A stretch of DNA of 64,000 bases from a virus (taxonomy: Duplodnaviria > Caudoviricetes): the IMG/VR virus record IMGVR_UViG_2866048730_000001, positions 1 through 64,000 of that record. One strand, 5' to 3'. How positions within the stretch are numbered: position 1 is the stretch's first letter; the number at the start of each line of letters is the position of its first letter. The notes under the pieces are model-generated. The model saw nothing but the letters and a program-made list of their open reading frames with translations, searched no databases and had not been told where the DNA came from. The translations under genes were made by a program, and so were the position numbers. Positions 38,424-47,078 of the stretch are shown piece after piece.

Positions 38424-39670
38424 GCGCCACCGCGGCCGTCCTCCCCGACCTGGAGGAGCTGGTCGACTGGTCGATGGAGGAGCTCGAACAGCTCGCCGCC
38501 CCCTGGCCGGCACGGTGGCTCCTGCCGCCGAAGCCCGGCGATCCGGAGCGCGTCGTCTATCTCTTCGCCGGTCCGGGCGGACTCGAAGTCGGCACGCGGG
38601 ACGTCCTCGGCCGCGAACTCGACATCATCGGTGTCGAGTTCAACAAGGACGCCGCCGCGACCGCGGTGAAGGCCGGGTTCCGGCGGATCGTCGCCGACGT
38701 GCGAACGCTCGACCCGAACCACCCCGCCCTGCGCTGGACCCGCGGCCTGATCGTCACCGCGCCGTGCCAGTGCTGGACGCCCGCAGGCAAGCGTGCCGGC
38801 CAGGACCCGCACAACCAGCAGATCCTTCTGGACATGTTCGCCTGCGCGTGGGAGGCCACCGTTGGCGTCTGGGAGGAAGGCCGCGAGTGCGGGCAGGACT
38901 GCCCGGAAGGCTGCGAGGACTGCTGGGACGGCTGGTCCGGCCCCATCTACGGCATCGACGAGGTCAGGGCCATGGCCAAGGACCTGACCGACGACCGGAT
39001 CGGCCTCCTCGCCGAGGTGGTGATCTGGGGCCTCGCCCTGTCCGTCGCCTCGCCCGACTTCGGGTGGATCGCCATGGAGCAGTCCAGCGCCCTGCCGCAG
39101 GTCATCATCGACGGCATCCGCGAGGAGCTGAAGTGCGCCGACTGGCTGTCCGTGGACTTCCAGATTCTCGACGCCGTGGACTACGGACTGGCCAGCCGCC
39201 GGAAGCGCGTGTTCATGCTCGCCGCCCGGCACCGGTACTCCGTCGCCAGCACCCGCCCCGAGAGCCAGATCCCCACCACCACAGCGGCACAGGCCCTCGG
39301 CTGGCCGCCGGGCGTGCGGGTCAACACGAGAGGCACCAGAAAGACCGCTGGAGGCAATTGCTGGAGCGCGGACAAACCCGCGACCGCCATCACCAGCAAG
39401 ATCCGAGGTTGGTACTGGGAGCACGACAAGGAGAGACGCTTCTCCCTCGACGAGGCCGCCCTCCTGGCCGGGTTCCGCCCCGGACATCCGTGGACCGGCT
39501 CTCGCTCGTCCTGCACCCAGCAGATCGGCGACGTCGTCGCGCCCCCGATGGGCGCCGTCGTCCTCGGGGCACTCCTCGGCATGGCCTGGGAGGCCCGGCT
39601 CCGTGAGTACCTCGCCGAGATCTACAACACCCGCCCGACCGTCCGAAGCGAACACGCGTTGGCAGCCTGA
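38420..39670 (+). CDS. DNA (cytosine-5) methyltransferase
   Basis: LFAGPGG (I), PCQ (IV), EQ (VI variant), YGLASRRKR (VIII), QIGD (X). Confidence 0.85.
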   Translation: MSATAAVLPDLEELVDWSMEELEQLAAPWPARWLLPPKPGDPERVVYLFAGPGGLEVGTRDVLGRELDIIGVEFNKDAAATAVKAGFRRIVADVRTLDPNHPALRWTRGLIVTAPCQCWTPAGKRAGQDPHNQQILLDMFACAWEATVGVWEEGRECGQDCPEGCEDCWDGWSGPIYGIDEVRAMAKDLTDDRIGLLAEVVIWGLALSVASPDFGWIAMEQSSALPQVIIDGIREELKCADWLSVDFQILDAVDYGLASRRKRVFMLAARHRYSVASTRPESQIPTTTAAQALGWPPGVRVNTRGTRKTAGGNCWSADKPATAITSKIRGWYWEHDKERRFSLDEAALLAGFRPGHPWTGSRSSCTQQIGDVVAPPMGAVVLGALLGMAWEARLREYLAEIYNTRPTVRSEHALAA

Positions 39671-39861
39671 TGACCACGAACACCACCGCGCCCGAGCCGG
39701 CCGTCCACCTCGCCTGTCCGTTCTGCAAGTCCACCCACATCACCCTGAACGTCCGCGAGTGGGCCGTCTGCGACACCTGCAAGCGCGGCGACATGTGGGG
39801 CCAGTTCATGATCTGCAACTGCTGGGGCTACGACTGCCCGGCGATCCTCAACTTCTCCTGA
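39670..39861 (+). CDS. Small Zn-finger protein
   Basis: CPFC...CDTC. Confidence 0.6.
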   Translation: MTTNTTAPEPAVHLACPFCKSTHITLNVREWAVCDTCKRGDMWGQFMICNCWGYDCPAILNFS

Positions 39862-39872
39862 AAGAGAGCGAC

Positions 39873-40196
39873 ATGAGCAAGTACACCGACACTGTCACCC
39901 TGACCGACGGCACCACGCTGAAGATCCGCATCGAGCGCGGAATCGCTGGCACGGTCTTCCGCGAGGTCCCCAGCCGCCAGCGACCGGCCGGCAGCCTCAT
40001 GCGGATCGGCACCGCGATGCACCTCGTCACCCGCAGCCACCTGACCCCCATCGTCCCTGACCGCTGGGCCAGCGCCGCCGACGACGCCGAGGGCGCCGAG
40101 ATCGCCCTCGCCTTCTTCACCGAGAGCGCCGAGGCGTGCATCGAGCACGCGAGCGCCGAAGGCATCCCGGTCGAACAGTGCTACTCGATCACCTGA
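39873..40196 (+). CDS. Hypothetical protein
   Basis: ATG at 39873 after purine-rich RBS. Confidence 0.6.
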   Translation: MSKYTDTVTLTDGTTLKIRIERGIAGTVFREVPSRQRPAGSLMRIGTAMHLVTRSHLTPIVPDRWASAADDAEGAEIALAFFTESAEACIEHASAEGIPVEQCYSIT

Positions 40197-40212
40197 TTGT
40201 AAGAGTGTGACC

Positions 40213-40274
40213 GGCGAAACCTCCGAAGGGAGGTCGTCGCGGGGTGGCGCCCGCGGCCTGACGAGCCAGCCACC
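40213..40274 (+). ncRNA. Hammerhead ribozyme 6 (type II), cleavage after C40235
   Basis: ggc-GAAA-C[ctcc gaag ggag]GTC-[gtcgcggg gtggcg cccgcggc]-CTGACGA-gcc; loop GTGGC pairs with tail GCCAC. Confidence 0.9.
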
Positions 40275-40293
40275 AACAAGCAAGGAGACACAC

Positions 40294-40914
40294 ATGGCCA
40301 GCGACCTGCTGATCGAGCGCCTCGACAGCACCGACCCGCGCCACCGAGCGGCGGACCCCTGGACGACCACCTACGCGGTCACCGGCAGGCGGATCACCGG
40401 CACCGTCGAGGTCGCTCCCCGGTTCAACGCACACGGCTGGGAGTTCATGCCGACCGACCTGCACGTGGCCTACGGCTGGGACAAGTACAGCCGCCACGTG
40501 GGCACCCTCCACGTGAACGGCATCCAGCTCGAAGGCGCGCTGCACATGTCCACGAAGACGCCGCCCCGCTGGGCGCTGATCACGATCCGCCGCGTCACGG
40601 AGGGTTCGTACGGCGAAGCCCCTGACGCCACCCAGCGACGCAGCCGGGAGATCCTCCAGGCCGTGGTGCAGGCGCACGTCGAGGACGAGCAGCACGCCTA
40701 CGAGAAGGCCGCCCAGTACGCGCGGCACCTGCGGGCTGGTCGCCTCCATGAGCTCCGCGCCAGCGAGCGCGAGGCCCTGCGGGCACTTCGTGAGGCCCAG
40801 GCTGCGGTTCGCACCGCGAGCGCCCGCATCGACGAGCTCGAAGAGAACTTCGACTGGGTCCTCGGCCTGCATGCACCCCAGCCCACCATCCCGGCCGTGC
40901 CGTTGGATGCCTGA
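40294..40914 (+). CDS. Hypothetical protein with C-terminal coiled coil
   Basis: AAGGAG RBS, ATG at 40294. Confidence 0.7.
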   Translation: MASDLLIERLDSTDPRHRAADPWTTTYAVTGRRITGTVEVAPRFNAHGWEFMPTDLHVAYGWDKYSRHVGTLHVNGIQLEGALHMSTKTPPRWALITIRRVTEGSYGEAPDATQRRSREILQAVVQAHVEDEQHAYEKAAQYARHLRAGRLHELRASEREALRALREAQAAVRTASARIDELEENFDWVLGLHAPQPTIPAVPLDA

Positions 40915-40929
40915 CCCCAGGAGACAGCA

Positions 40930-41502
40930 GTGACCACCGCGATCAAGATGCCCCGGCTCATCGGACTCTCCGGTCTCGCCCAGTCCGGCAAGGACTCCGC
41001 GGCTGGCTTCCTCGCCGATCAGGGCTGGAAGCGCCGCGCCTTCGCCGACCCGCTCCGCCAGATGCTGTACTCGCTCGACCCGCTCGTGCCCAGCCCGAAC
41101 GGCGACTGGCCCATGCGCCTGCGGGCCGCCATCGACACGCTTGGCTGGGACAAGGCGAAGATCCAGATCCCCGAGGTCCGCGTGCTCCTCCAGCGCCTCG
41201 GCACGGATGCCGGCCGGGCCACCCTCGGCGAGACCGTGTGGGTCGACCAGATGTTCCGTCAGCGGGCCTCGTGGGGGCCGACCGTCATCACCGACTGCCG
41301 CTTTCCGAACGAGGCCGACGCGGTGAAGAAGCACGGCGGCCTGGTCGTCCAGATCGTCCGGCAGAACCAGAAGCTCATCCAGGACTCCGGTCACGTCAGC
41401 GAGCAGGCGCTCGCCGGATATCCCTTCGACGTCACGATCCTGAACAGCGGCACCCTGGCGGAGCTCGGCGACAGCATCCGCGCGGTTGCGGCACGAATGT
41501 AA
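40930..41502 (+). CDS. Deoxynucleoside monophosphate kinase
   Basis: IGLSGLAQSGKD, AFADPLR, LQRLGT, DCRFPNE, HVSE. Confidence 0.88.
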   Translation: MTTAIKMPRLIGLSGLAQSGKDSAAGFLADQGWKRRAFADPLRQMLYSLDPLVPSPNGDWPMRLRAAIDTLGWDKAKIQIPEVRVLLQRLGTDAGRATLGETVWVDQMFRQRASWGPTVITDCRFPNEADAVKKHGGLVVQIVRQNQKLIQDSGHVSEQALAGYPFDVTILNSGTLAELGDSIRAVAARM

Positions 41503-41558
41503 GAGTTGATTCGACCGATCCATCGAGATAGTGTGACTAGCGAAGAAAGGGGTCCCCC

Positions 41559-42008
41559 TTGACCAGCACAAACACCCTCGTTCGCACCCCTGCGATCCTG
41601 GACCAACTGCCCATCGGTACGGAGGTCCAGGACTCGGACGGCGACAGCGGGACCAAGACCGCCGACGGCTTCACCGTCCCCGGCTGGAAGACCCCGTTGG
41701 ACGCCGACTGGTTCAACTACCCCGTGACCGTCCTCAACCCGACGCCGGCCACCTCCAACCTCGTCGCTGACCTGTCCAGCGAGCTCAACCTGCACACCGT
41801 GCTCGAAGAGCTCCGACAGCTCCTCGACAAAGCCGAGGCGATGTACCAGCGCCAGGACGCCGCGATCGAGGCACTGGCCAGCCGGCCCGGTCTCAACACC
41901 GCCAAGATCGAGCGGCTCGAAGCCCGCTACGACCGCGAGGCCGCCCGGATGCTCGATGAGGTCCTCTCTGTCATCGAGACGCTCACCGACCGCCGGAGCG
42001 GCCCGTGA
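41559..42008 (+). CDS. Hypothetical protein
   Basis: TTG start after AAGGGG. Confidence 0.6.
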   Translation: MTSTNTLVRTPAILDQLPIGTEVQDSDGDSGTKTADGFTVPGWKTPLDADWFNYPVTVLNPTPATSNLVADLSSELNLHTVLEELRQLLDKAEAMYQRQDAAIEALASRPGLNTAKIERLEARYDREAARMLDEVLSVIETLTDRRSGP

Positions 42009-42433
42009 GGCTGACGCCCCGCAAGGAGGAAGTCTCCGCGATCAAGGCCGTCCTGGAGTCGCCCGACTTCGACAACGCCGACCAGATGGCCAAGGCGGTC
42101 ATCAAGGAAGTCGGCGAGGTCCTCCAGATGCGCGATTGGTACGCCCTCGTCCACACCTGGAAGGACGGCAGCCGCGGCCTGAACTTCGGTCCCTTCGCCA
42201 ACGAGGCCGAGATCAAGACCTTCGCCTCGAAGATCGCCATCGGGGGCACGGGCAAGGTCGTCAAGCTCTACAGCCCCGGCGTCATGCTCGCCAATGTGAA
42301 CGGCAAGAAGGGCTGGACCGGCTACTGCCAGGACCCCGACTGCGGCCACGCCCCCGCCAACCACTCTGCCGTGAGCGCCGCTCGCGGTGCCTGCCACATC
42401 CCCACCTGCCCCTGCGGGCAGTTCCGAAAGTAG
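42005..42433 (+). CDS. Hypothetical protein with Cys/His C-terminus
   Basis: Coupled ORF; CGH...CH...CPC. Confidence 0.65.
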   Translation: MRLTPRKEEVSAIKAVLESPDFDNADQMAKAVIKEVGEVLQMRDWYALVHTWKDGSRGLNFGPFANEAEIKTFASKIAIGGTGKVVKLYSPGVMLANVNGKKGWTGYCQDPDCGHAPANHSAVSAARGACHIPTCPCGQFRK

Positions 42434-42448
42434 ACGGAGGAACCGGCT

Positions 42449-42685
42449 ATGACGGCAAAGACCGTCGACTTCAGGGCCTGCCCGTGCGGGTCGAAGCGCG
42501 CCTACGAAGACCCCCGAGATGCCGCCAAGGCGCTCGGCAAGGCCCAGGCCAAGCGCTCCAGGATCGCCGACCGCCGGGGCACCGGCCGAGGCATCCGCCA
42601 CGAGAGCCGCACCTACCAGTGCGACTACGGCATGTACCACCTCACCTCCCAGTCCCGCACCCAGTACCTGGGGGTCGCCGCTTGA
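42449..42685 (+). CDS. Small Zn-binding basic protein
   Basis: CPCGSKRAY...YQCDYGMYHLTS. Confidence 0.65.
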   Translation: MTAKTVDFRACPCGSKRAYEDPRDAAKALGKAQAKRSRIADRRGTGRGIRHESRTYQCDYGMYHLTSQSRTQYLGVAA

Positions 42686-42938
42686 GCCCCACCGAGGCCG
42701 CCCTGGCCAACGGCTGGAGTTGGGTCCTTGGGGTCAGTGGCGAACAGACCTGCTGCTACCCGGCCGGCACCACGCTGCCGCCGGAGACCGCCGAGGAAGC
42801 CCTCGCAGAGATCGCCTGGCGGCTCGGCCTCGCGCGGCCCGACGTGGAGCAGATCCTCGACCGGATCGACCAGCTCCGCCGCGACTACCGCACCGCTCTC
42901 CGCGCCGCCGTCCTCATCACCCACGGCCCGGACGCCGG

Positions 42939-43118
42939 ATGAAGGGCGGCAGTAACAGCCTCCTCACCCCGGCCGAAGTCGCCGACTGGCTCAAGGTCAG
43001 CGAGATCACCGTCAAGAACAAGTACCGAACCTGGGGCCTTCCAGCACAGAAGGTCGGCAGGCTGCTGCGCTTTCGCGAGCGCGACATCGTGACCTACCTC
43101 GACAGCAGATACGGGTAG
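42939..43118 (+). CDS. xis: Excisionase (HTH)
   Basis: LLTPAEVADWLKVS...KVGRLLRFR, directly upstream of integrase. Confidence 0.8.
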   Translation: MKGGSNSLLTPAEVADWLKVSEITVKNKYRTWGLPAQKVGRLLRFRERDIVTYLDSRYG

Positions 43119-43162
43119 CTCCAAGCAGGCCGCACCGCCCCACCGACACAGAAAGGGGCCAC

Positions 43163-44443
43163 GTGGCCACCGTCTTTCAGCCCTGCAAAGAAGAAGAGCA
43201 GGATCGTTTCTATCCCTGCACGAAGGCCCGCTGCGGCCACAAGTGGCTCGTCCGCTACCGGGAGCCGGGCGGCCGGTCCGGGAGACAGCGCGAGAAGAGC
43301 TTCGCCAAGAAGACCGGGCCCGACGGCGCTGACGCCTTCGCCAGCAAGGTCGAGCACGACAAGGGCATGGGCGTCTACCTCGACCCCCAGCGGGGCGCCA
43401 TCACCCTCCGGGCCTACGCCAAGGAGTGGCTGGAGCGGCAGATCCTCGCGGAGGGCACCTTCCGGAACTACGAAGGCTTCATCCGAAACCACCTGATACC
43501 GCACCTCGGGCGCAAGACCCTGGCCGGCCTCGCCCAGAGCGACTTCGAGCGGTTCGTCGCCACCCTCCACCGCAAGGGCGAGGGCATGGCCGCCTCGACG
43601 ATCAACGACCGCATGAACATCCCGATCGCGATGCTCGAAGCGGCGATCGTCGAGAAGCGCATCTCCGAGAACCCGGCCAAGGGCGTCAAGATCCCCCGGA
43701 CGAGCAGTATCGCCGTCGACGAGGACGAGATCCCCACCCTCGAAGAAGTCGATCTCCTCGGCAAGCACATCTCCCCGCAGTACCGCCTGACGGTCTACCT
43801 CATGGCGGGGGCCGGGCTACGGCCAAGCGAAGCTCTCGCCTTCGCCTGTGAATGCCGCCGCACCGAGTTCATTCGAATCCGCTGGCAGGTCAGCGCGAAG
43901 GCGAGCCGCGGCGACAGCCGAACCAGGTTCGTTCCGCTGAAGCACCGCGCGGAAGGCGAGTACCGGGATATCCCGATCGCCCCGTTCCTGGACGAGGAGA
44001 TCGACGCCCACGAGGAGCAGTGGGCGCCCATCCCGGTCGCCTTCAAGGACAAGGCTGGTAAGGACAGGGAGCTCGAAGTCTTCTTCGCCCCGCGCGAGCG
44101 GGGCAAGGGCACCATGCCCACGGCCAACACCTTCGGCTACCACTTCAAGAAGGCATGCATCGCGGCCGGGCTCGTCGACTCGAACGGCAAGCCGAAGTAC
44201 ACCCCGCACGCTCTGCGACATTTCTTCGCCTCGACCGCCCTCGCGAACGGAATTCCTATCCACGAGGTCTCCCGATGGCTCGGACACAAGTCCATCAAGA
44301 TCACCGTGGACACCTACGGACACCTCGTCCCGGGTGCCTGGCACCGCTGCCGCGAGGTCATGCAGGCCGCCATGCGGCCGGTACCGTTGGACCTGGATCG
44401 GCCGGCACCCGGCGGTGCCGACGACTACGGCCCTGCCGCGTAG
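43163..44443 (+). CDS. int: Tyrosine integrase
   Basis: GLRPSEA, HALRHFFAS, LGH, TYGH. Confidence 0.93.
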   Translation: MATVFQPCKEEEQDRFYPCTKARCGHKWLVRYREPGGRSGRQREKSFAKKTGPDGADAFASKVEHDKGMGVYLDPQRGAITLRAYAKEWLERQILAEGTFRNYEGFIRNHLIPHLGRKTLAGLAQSDFERFVATLHRKGEGMAASTINDRMNIPIAMLEAAIVEKRISENPAKGVKIPRTSSIAVDEDEIPTLEEVDLLGKHISPQYRLTVYLMAGAGLRPSEALAFACECRRTEFIRIRWQVSAKASRGDSRTRFVPLKHRAEGEYRDIPIAPFLDEEIDAHEEQWAPIPVAFKDKAGKDRELEVFFAPRERGKGTMPTANTFGYHFKKACIAAGLVDSNGKPKYTPHALRHFFASTALANGIPIHEVSRWLGHKSIKITVDTYGHLVPGAWHRCREVMQAAMRPVPLDLDRPAPGGADDYGPAA

Positions 44444-44445
44444 CT

Positions 44446-44746
44446 GTGCTGACCTGTTCCGACGGTGCTGATTCCGTGCTGACTTGGACCCTCAGAATTG
44501 ACGTTTCTGCAGGTCACAGCGTTGTGGTGGAAGTTCCGCTTCAACGTGTGATGAGTGACATAGCACGCCACTCCTGATCTGGCAAACGCGCAGGTCAGAG
44601 GGGGTCCCTCCCTTCGGGGGTGGACCCCCTTTTCATTCCCGTGCTGACTTGGTGCTGACCTGGAAGCACCCCCCATCACCCCCCAGAACCCCTTCCGTGC
44701 TGACTTGGTGCTGACCATCCGAACGGGTGATGGGCGCGGCGCTGAC
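44446..44746 (+). repeat. att region: GTGCTGAC arm-type direct repeats flanking putative core
   Basis: Copies at 44446, 44465, 44476, 44641, 44652, 44697, 44708 (variant at 44739); 22-bp direct repeat at 44639 and 44695. Confidence 0.75.
44599..44634 (+). terminator. Intrinsic terminator in att region
   Basis: AGGGGGTCC...TTCG...GGACCCCC-TTTT. Confidence 0.65.
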
Positions 44747-44747
44747 C

Positions 44748-45044
44748 TCAGCGGGGCTTTCGGTGTCGGCCCGTGCCTGGCGCCAGCGGCTGTCGCGCTG
44801 GGCTCGGCGTAGTCGAGGGGGACGTCTGGGCCTCGGGGTACAGGATGCGCTTGGCCTCTGCGAGGCTGGCCGCGAAGGCGTACGGCTCCCAGGAGTAGCC
44901 GTTCCATCGCTCGATGGCCCGCGGGGCGTCGGGGTTCAGGTGCGCCCCTCTGGGGCCGTCGCCGGTGACGATGGGGACAGCGCGAAGCCGGCCGATCTTC
45001 GCTTCACGGCGCTCCGCCCACTCCTCCAGTGGCTCGTCGTTCAT
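44748..45044 (-). CDS. Hypothetical protein (DUF6087-like)
   Basis: HLNPDAPRAIERWNGYSWEP. Confidence 0.6.
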   Translation of the reverse strand: MNDEPLEEWAERREAKIGRLRAVPIVTGDGPRGAHLNPDAPRAIERWNGYSWEPYAFAASLAEAKRILYPEAQTSPSTTPSPARQPLAPGTGRHRKPR

Positions 45045-45053
45045 CCTGCCAAC

Positions 45054-45428
45054 CTAGTGGTCCCCGAGCCCTGTGACGGGCTGTCCGGTGAGACGCTGGG
45101 CGATCTGCCAGAGCATGCCGCCTCGTGAGGCTTTCATGAGCACCTTGTCGCCGGGCACGAGGATCTTTTCCAGGAAGTCGGCGGCGGTCTCGTTGTCAGC
45201 AACGAGGGCAAGGTTGGGTACGCCGGCCGCGCCCGCGTGGAGGACGAGTTGCTTCACGTTGGGGCTGTTGCCGACACCGAGCAGGATCTCGACTCCTTGC
45301 TCGGCTGCGTAGCGCCCGATCTCGCGATGGGCCTCAAGCGAGTCGTCGCCCAGTTCGAGCATCTCTCCGAGTACGGCGATCGTCCGGCCGCCGTCGGCCG
45401 GGCGCGTTCCGCCGTCTGCCTCGGTCAT
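45054..45428 (-). CDS. Stand-alone Mur ligase C-terminal domain (MurF-like)
   Basis: RTIAVLGEMLELG...AHREIG...GDKVLMKASRG. Confidence 0.8.
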   Translation of the reverse strand: MTEADGGTRPADGGRTIAVLGEMLELGDDSLEAHREIGRYAAEQGVEILLGVGNSPNVKQLVLHAGAAGVPNLALVADNETAADFLEKILVPGDKVLMKASRGGMLWQIAQRLTGQPVTGLGDH

Positions 45429-45973
45429 CAAGAGTCTCCGTTGTTTAGGGGCGCGAAGGTGATCGCGCGTCCGGTGTATGAGTGGGAGAGGCGACTGAGC
45501 GGTACCTGGTCGTTCTCCTGGCCCCAGGCCGATGGGTCGCGGAAGTGGATGGTTGGGTCCGGGCCGCTCTCGTAGCCGCGAAGGATGACGAGGTGCCCGC
45601 CCTTGCGGCCGTCCTCGGGGAATTGCTCGGTCACGGACACGATGAGCGGAGCGTCGTCGAGGCGGCCGAGCAGACCTTCAACGGGGACGGCTTCCGCCTG
45701 GGAGTGAATTCCGAGCTCGGTCGCCAGGTTCGCGATCCCCGCGTGAAGCGCTCCACGCGGGGTCAAAACCTCGTGCTTTACGGCGAGCTTCAGGAGTTCC
45801 GTCACCGTTGGTGCCTCGCACCCGTAGGCCAGCAAAACCATTCTCAGTGACGCCAGGCCGCACGCCCGGTTGGACCACTCGATCCTGTCTCCCAGTGCCC
45901 ATCCTCCGTGGTGATCCCATTCGGCGGGGGTGATGAGCTGTCGGCACATGGGGACTTCGTGGGCGCGCGGCAC
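45428..45973 (-). CDS. C39-like cysteine peptidase
   Basis: ACGLASLRMVL, GHLVILRGY, FRDP. Confidence 0.75.
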   Translation of the reverse strand: MPRAHEVPMCRQLITPAEWDHHGGWALGDRIEWSNRACGLASLRMVLLAYGCEAPTVTELLKLAVKHEVLTPRGALHAGIANLATELGIHSQAEAVPVEGLLGRLDDAPLIVSVTEQFPEDGRKGGHLVILRGYESGPDPTIHFRDPSAWGQENDQVPLSRLSHSYTGRAITFAPLNNGDS

Positions 45974-45986
45974 AGTGGCATTGCTC

Positions 45987-47078
45987 CTACAGGGAGACGG
46001 CAGCCTCCCGCGTCACCGTGGTGCTGGAGAACACGGGAGTGGGCAGGGGGACATCGTACGGCGGCCGGGCCAGGGCCTCATGAAGCATCGCCAGCACGAC
46101 ATCCGTGTGCGTGAGCCCGACCATCGCCGCCCCGACCGCGAAGTTGCTGTCACGGGACATGCCCGGCGTGCTGTTGACCTCCAGCACGTACGCGTCGCCT
46201 TCCTCGGTGACGATGAAGTCGATGCGGGCCGAGCCGCGTAGTCCGATCCCATCCCACAGCGTCCGGGCATCCCTGGCGATCCGGTTCATCGCTACGGGCT
46301 CCAGCTCGGCGCTTCGGACGGTGACGGCGCCCTTCGAGTCCACGTCGAGCTTGGTGTCGGCGTCGTAGAACTCGGCATCGGTCGCCTCGGTGGTCAGCGG
46401 CGGGAAGACGATCACCGAGCCGCCCGGAAGCTCCAGCATTCCCACGGTCACGGGGGTACCGACGATGTAGTCCTCGACGAGCACCTCGTCACCGCTTTCG
46501 CCAGCGGCCTCCGATAGGGCGCGGGGCAGGTTGGCCGCGTCGCGGACGAGGCTCATGCCCACGCTGGACCCGCCGAAGGGCGGCTTCACCATGACGTCCC
46601 GGGTGCCCCAGTTCACCGGCCCGCCGGACCAGACGCGCCAACCGGGCGTCGGGACGCCGAGGGTCAGCATGACCCGCTTGCAGAGGATCTTGTCAGCGGC
46701 CACCGCGGATGCCTGTACCCCGCTGCCGCAGTAGGGCACGCGAAGGTAGTCGAGCAGGCCCTGAAGACGACCGTCCTCACCGTAGGGGCCGTGCAGGTTC
46801 GAGAGGGCCACGTCGTACGAGACCAGCTCCCTGATGAAGTCGGGCTGGGTGGGGTCCAGCACGTTCCACCGCGCGCCGAGCTCTTCGAGGGCCTCGCCCA
46901 GCGCGGTCACGGATCGCTGCTCGACTGGGCACTCGGAGTGGTAGAGCCTGTCTTCGGCGGACACCGGTCCGTAAATGAGGGCGACGCCGAGGCCCTGCCG
47001 GCCTCGCCCCCACTCGCGGAGTTTCTCGGCGGCGTTCTGCGCCGCTTGCTTCGAGGTCGAGTCGAGAAAGACGGTCAT
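45987..47078 (-). CDS. ddl: D-Ala-D-Ala ligase-family ATP-grasp enzyme
   Basis: LHGPYGEDG.LQGLL, VKP..GGSSVG, FYD, RIDF, EVNSTPG. Confidence 0.88.
   Translation of the reverse strand: MTVFLDSTSKQAAQNAAEKLREWGRGRQGLGVALIYGPVSAEDRLYHSECPVEQRSVTALGEALEELGARWNVLDPTQPDFIRELVSYDVALSNLHGPYGEDGRLQGLLDYLRVPYCGSGVQASAVAADKILCKRVMLTLGVPTPGWRVWSGGPVNWGTRDVMVKPPFGGSSVGMSLVRDAANLPRALSEAAGESGDEVLVEDYIVGTPVTVGMLELPGGSVIVFPPLTTEATDAEFYDADTKLDVDSKGAVTVRSAELEPVAMNRIARDARTLWDGIGLRGSARIDFIVTEEGDAYVLEVNSTPGMSRDSNFAVGAAMVGLTHTDVVLAMLHEALARPPYDVPLPTPVFSSTTVTREAAVSL

Larger units (their letters stand above)
1..44550. mobile_element. Prophage 1, temperate siphovirus (L5/R4-like architecture); left end outside window
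   Basis: Full head-tail-lysis set, repressor, replication arm, Xis and tyrosine integrase ending next to att-like repeats. Confidence 0.93.

Noticed and set aside
33457-40274. Recurrent intergenic repeat read as a CRISPR array or as simple terminators
   Set aside because: Spacing is gene-sized and irregular, there are no cas genes and no U-tracts; conserved positions match the hammerhead core instead
41520-41558. Possible seventh hammerhead after GTGTGACTAGCGAA
   Set aside because: No GAAAC/stem III/GUC or CUGANGA follows
44480-44640. tRNA gene at the att site
   Set aside because: No T-loop GTTCRA or cloverleaf recognisable
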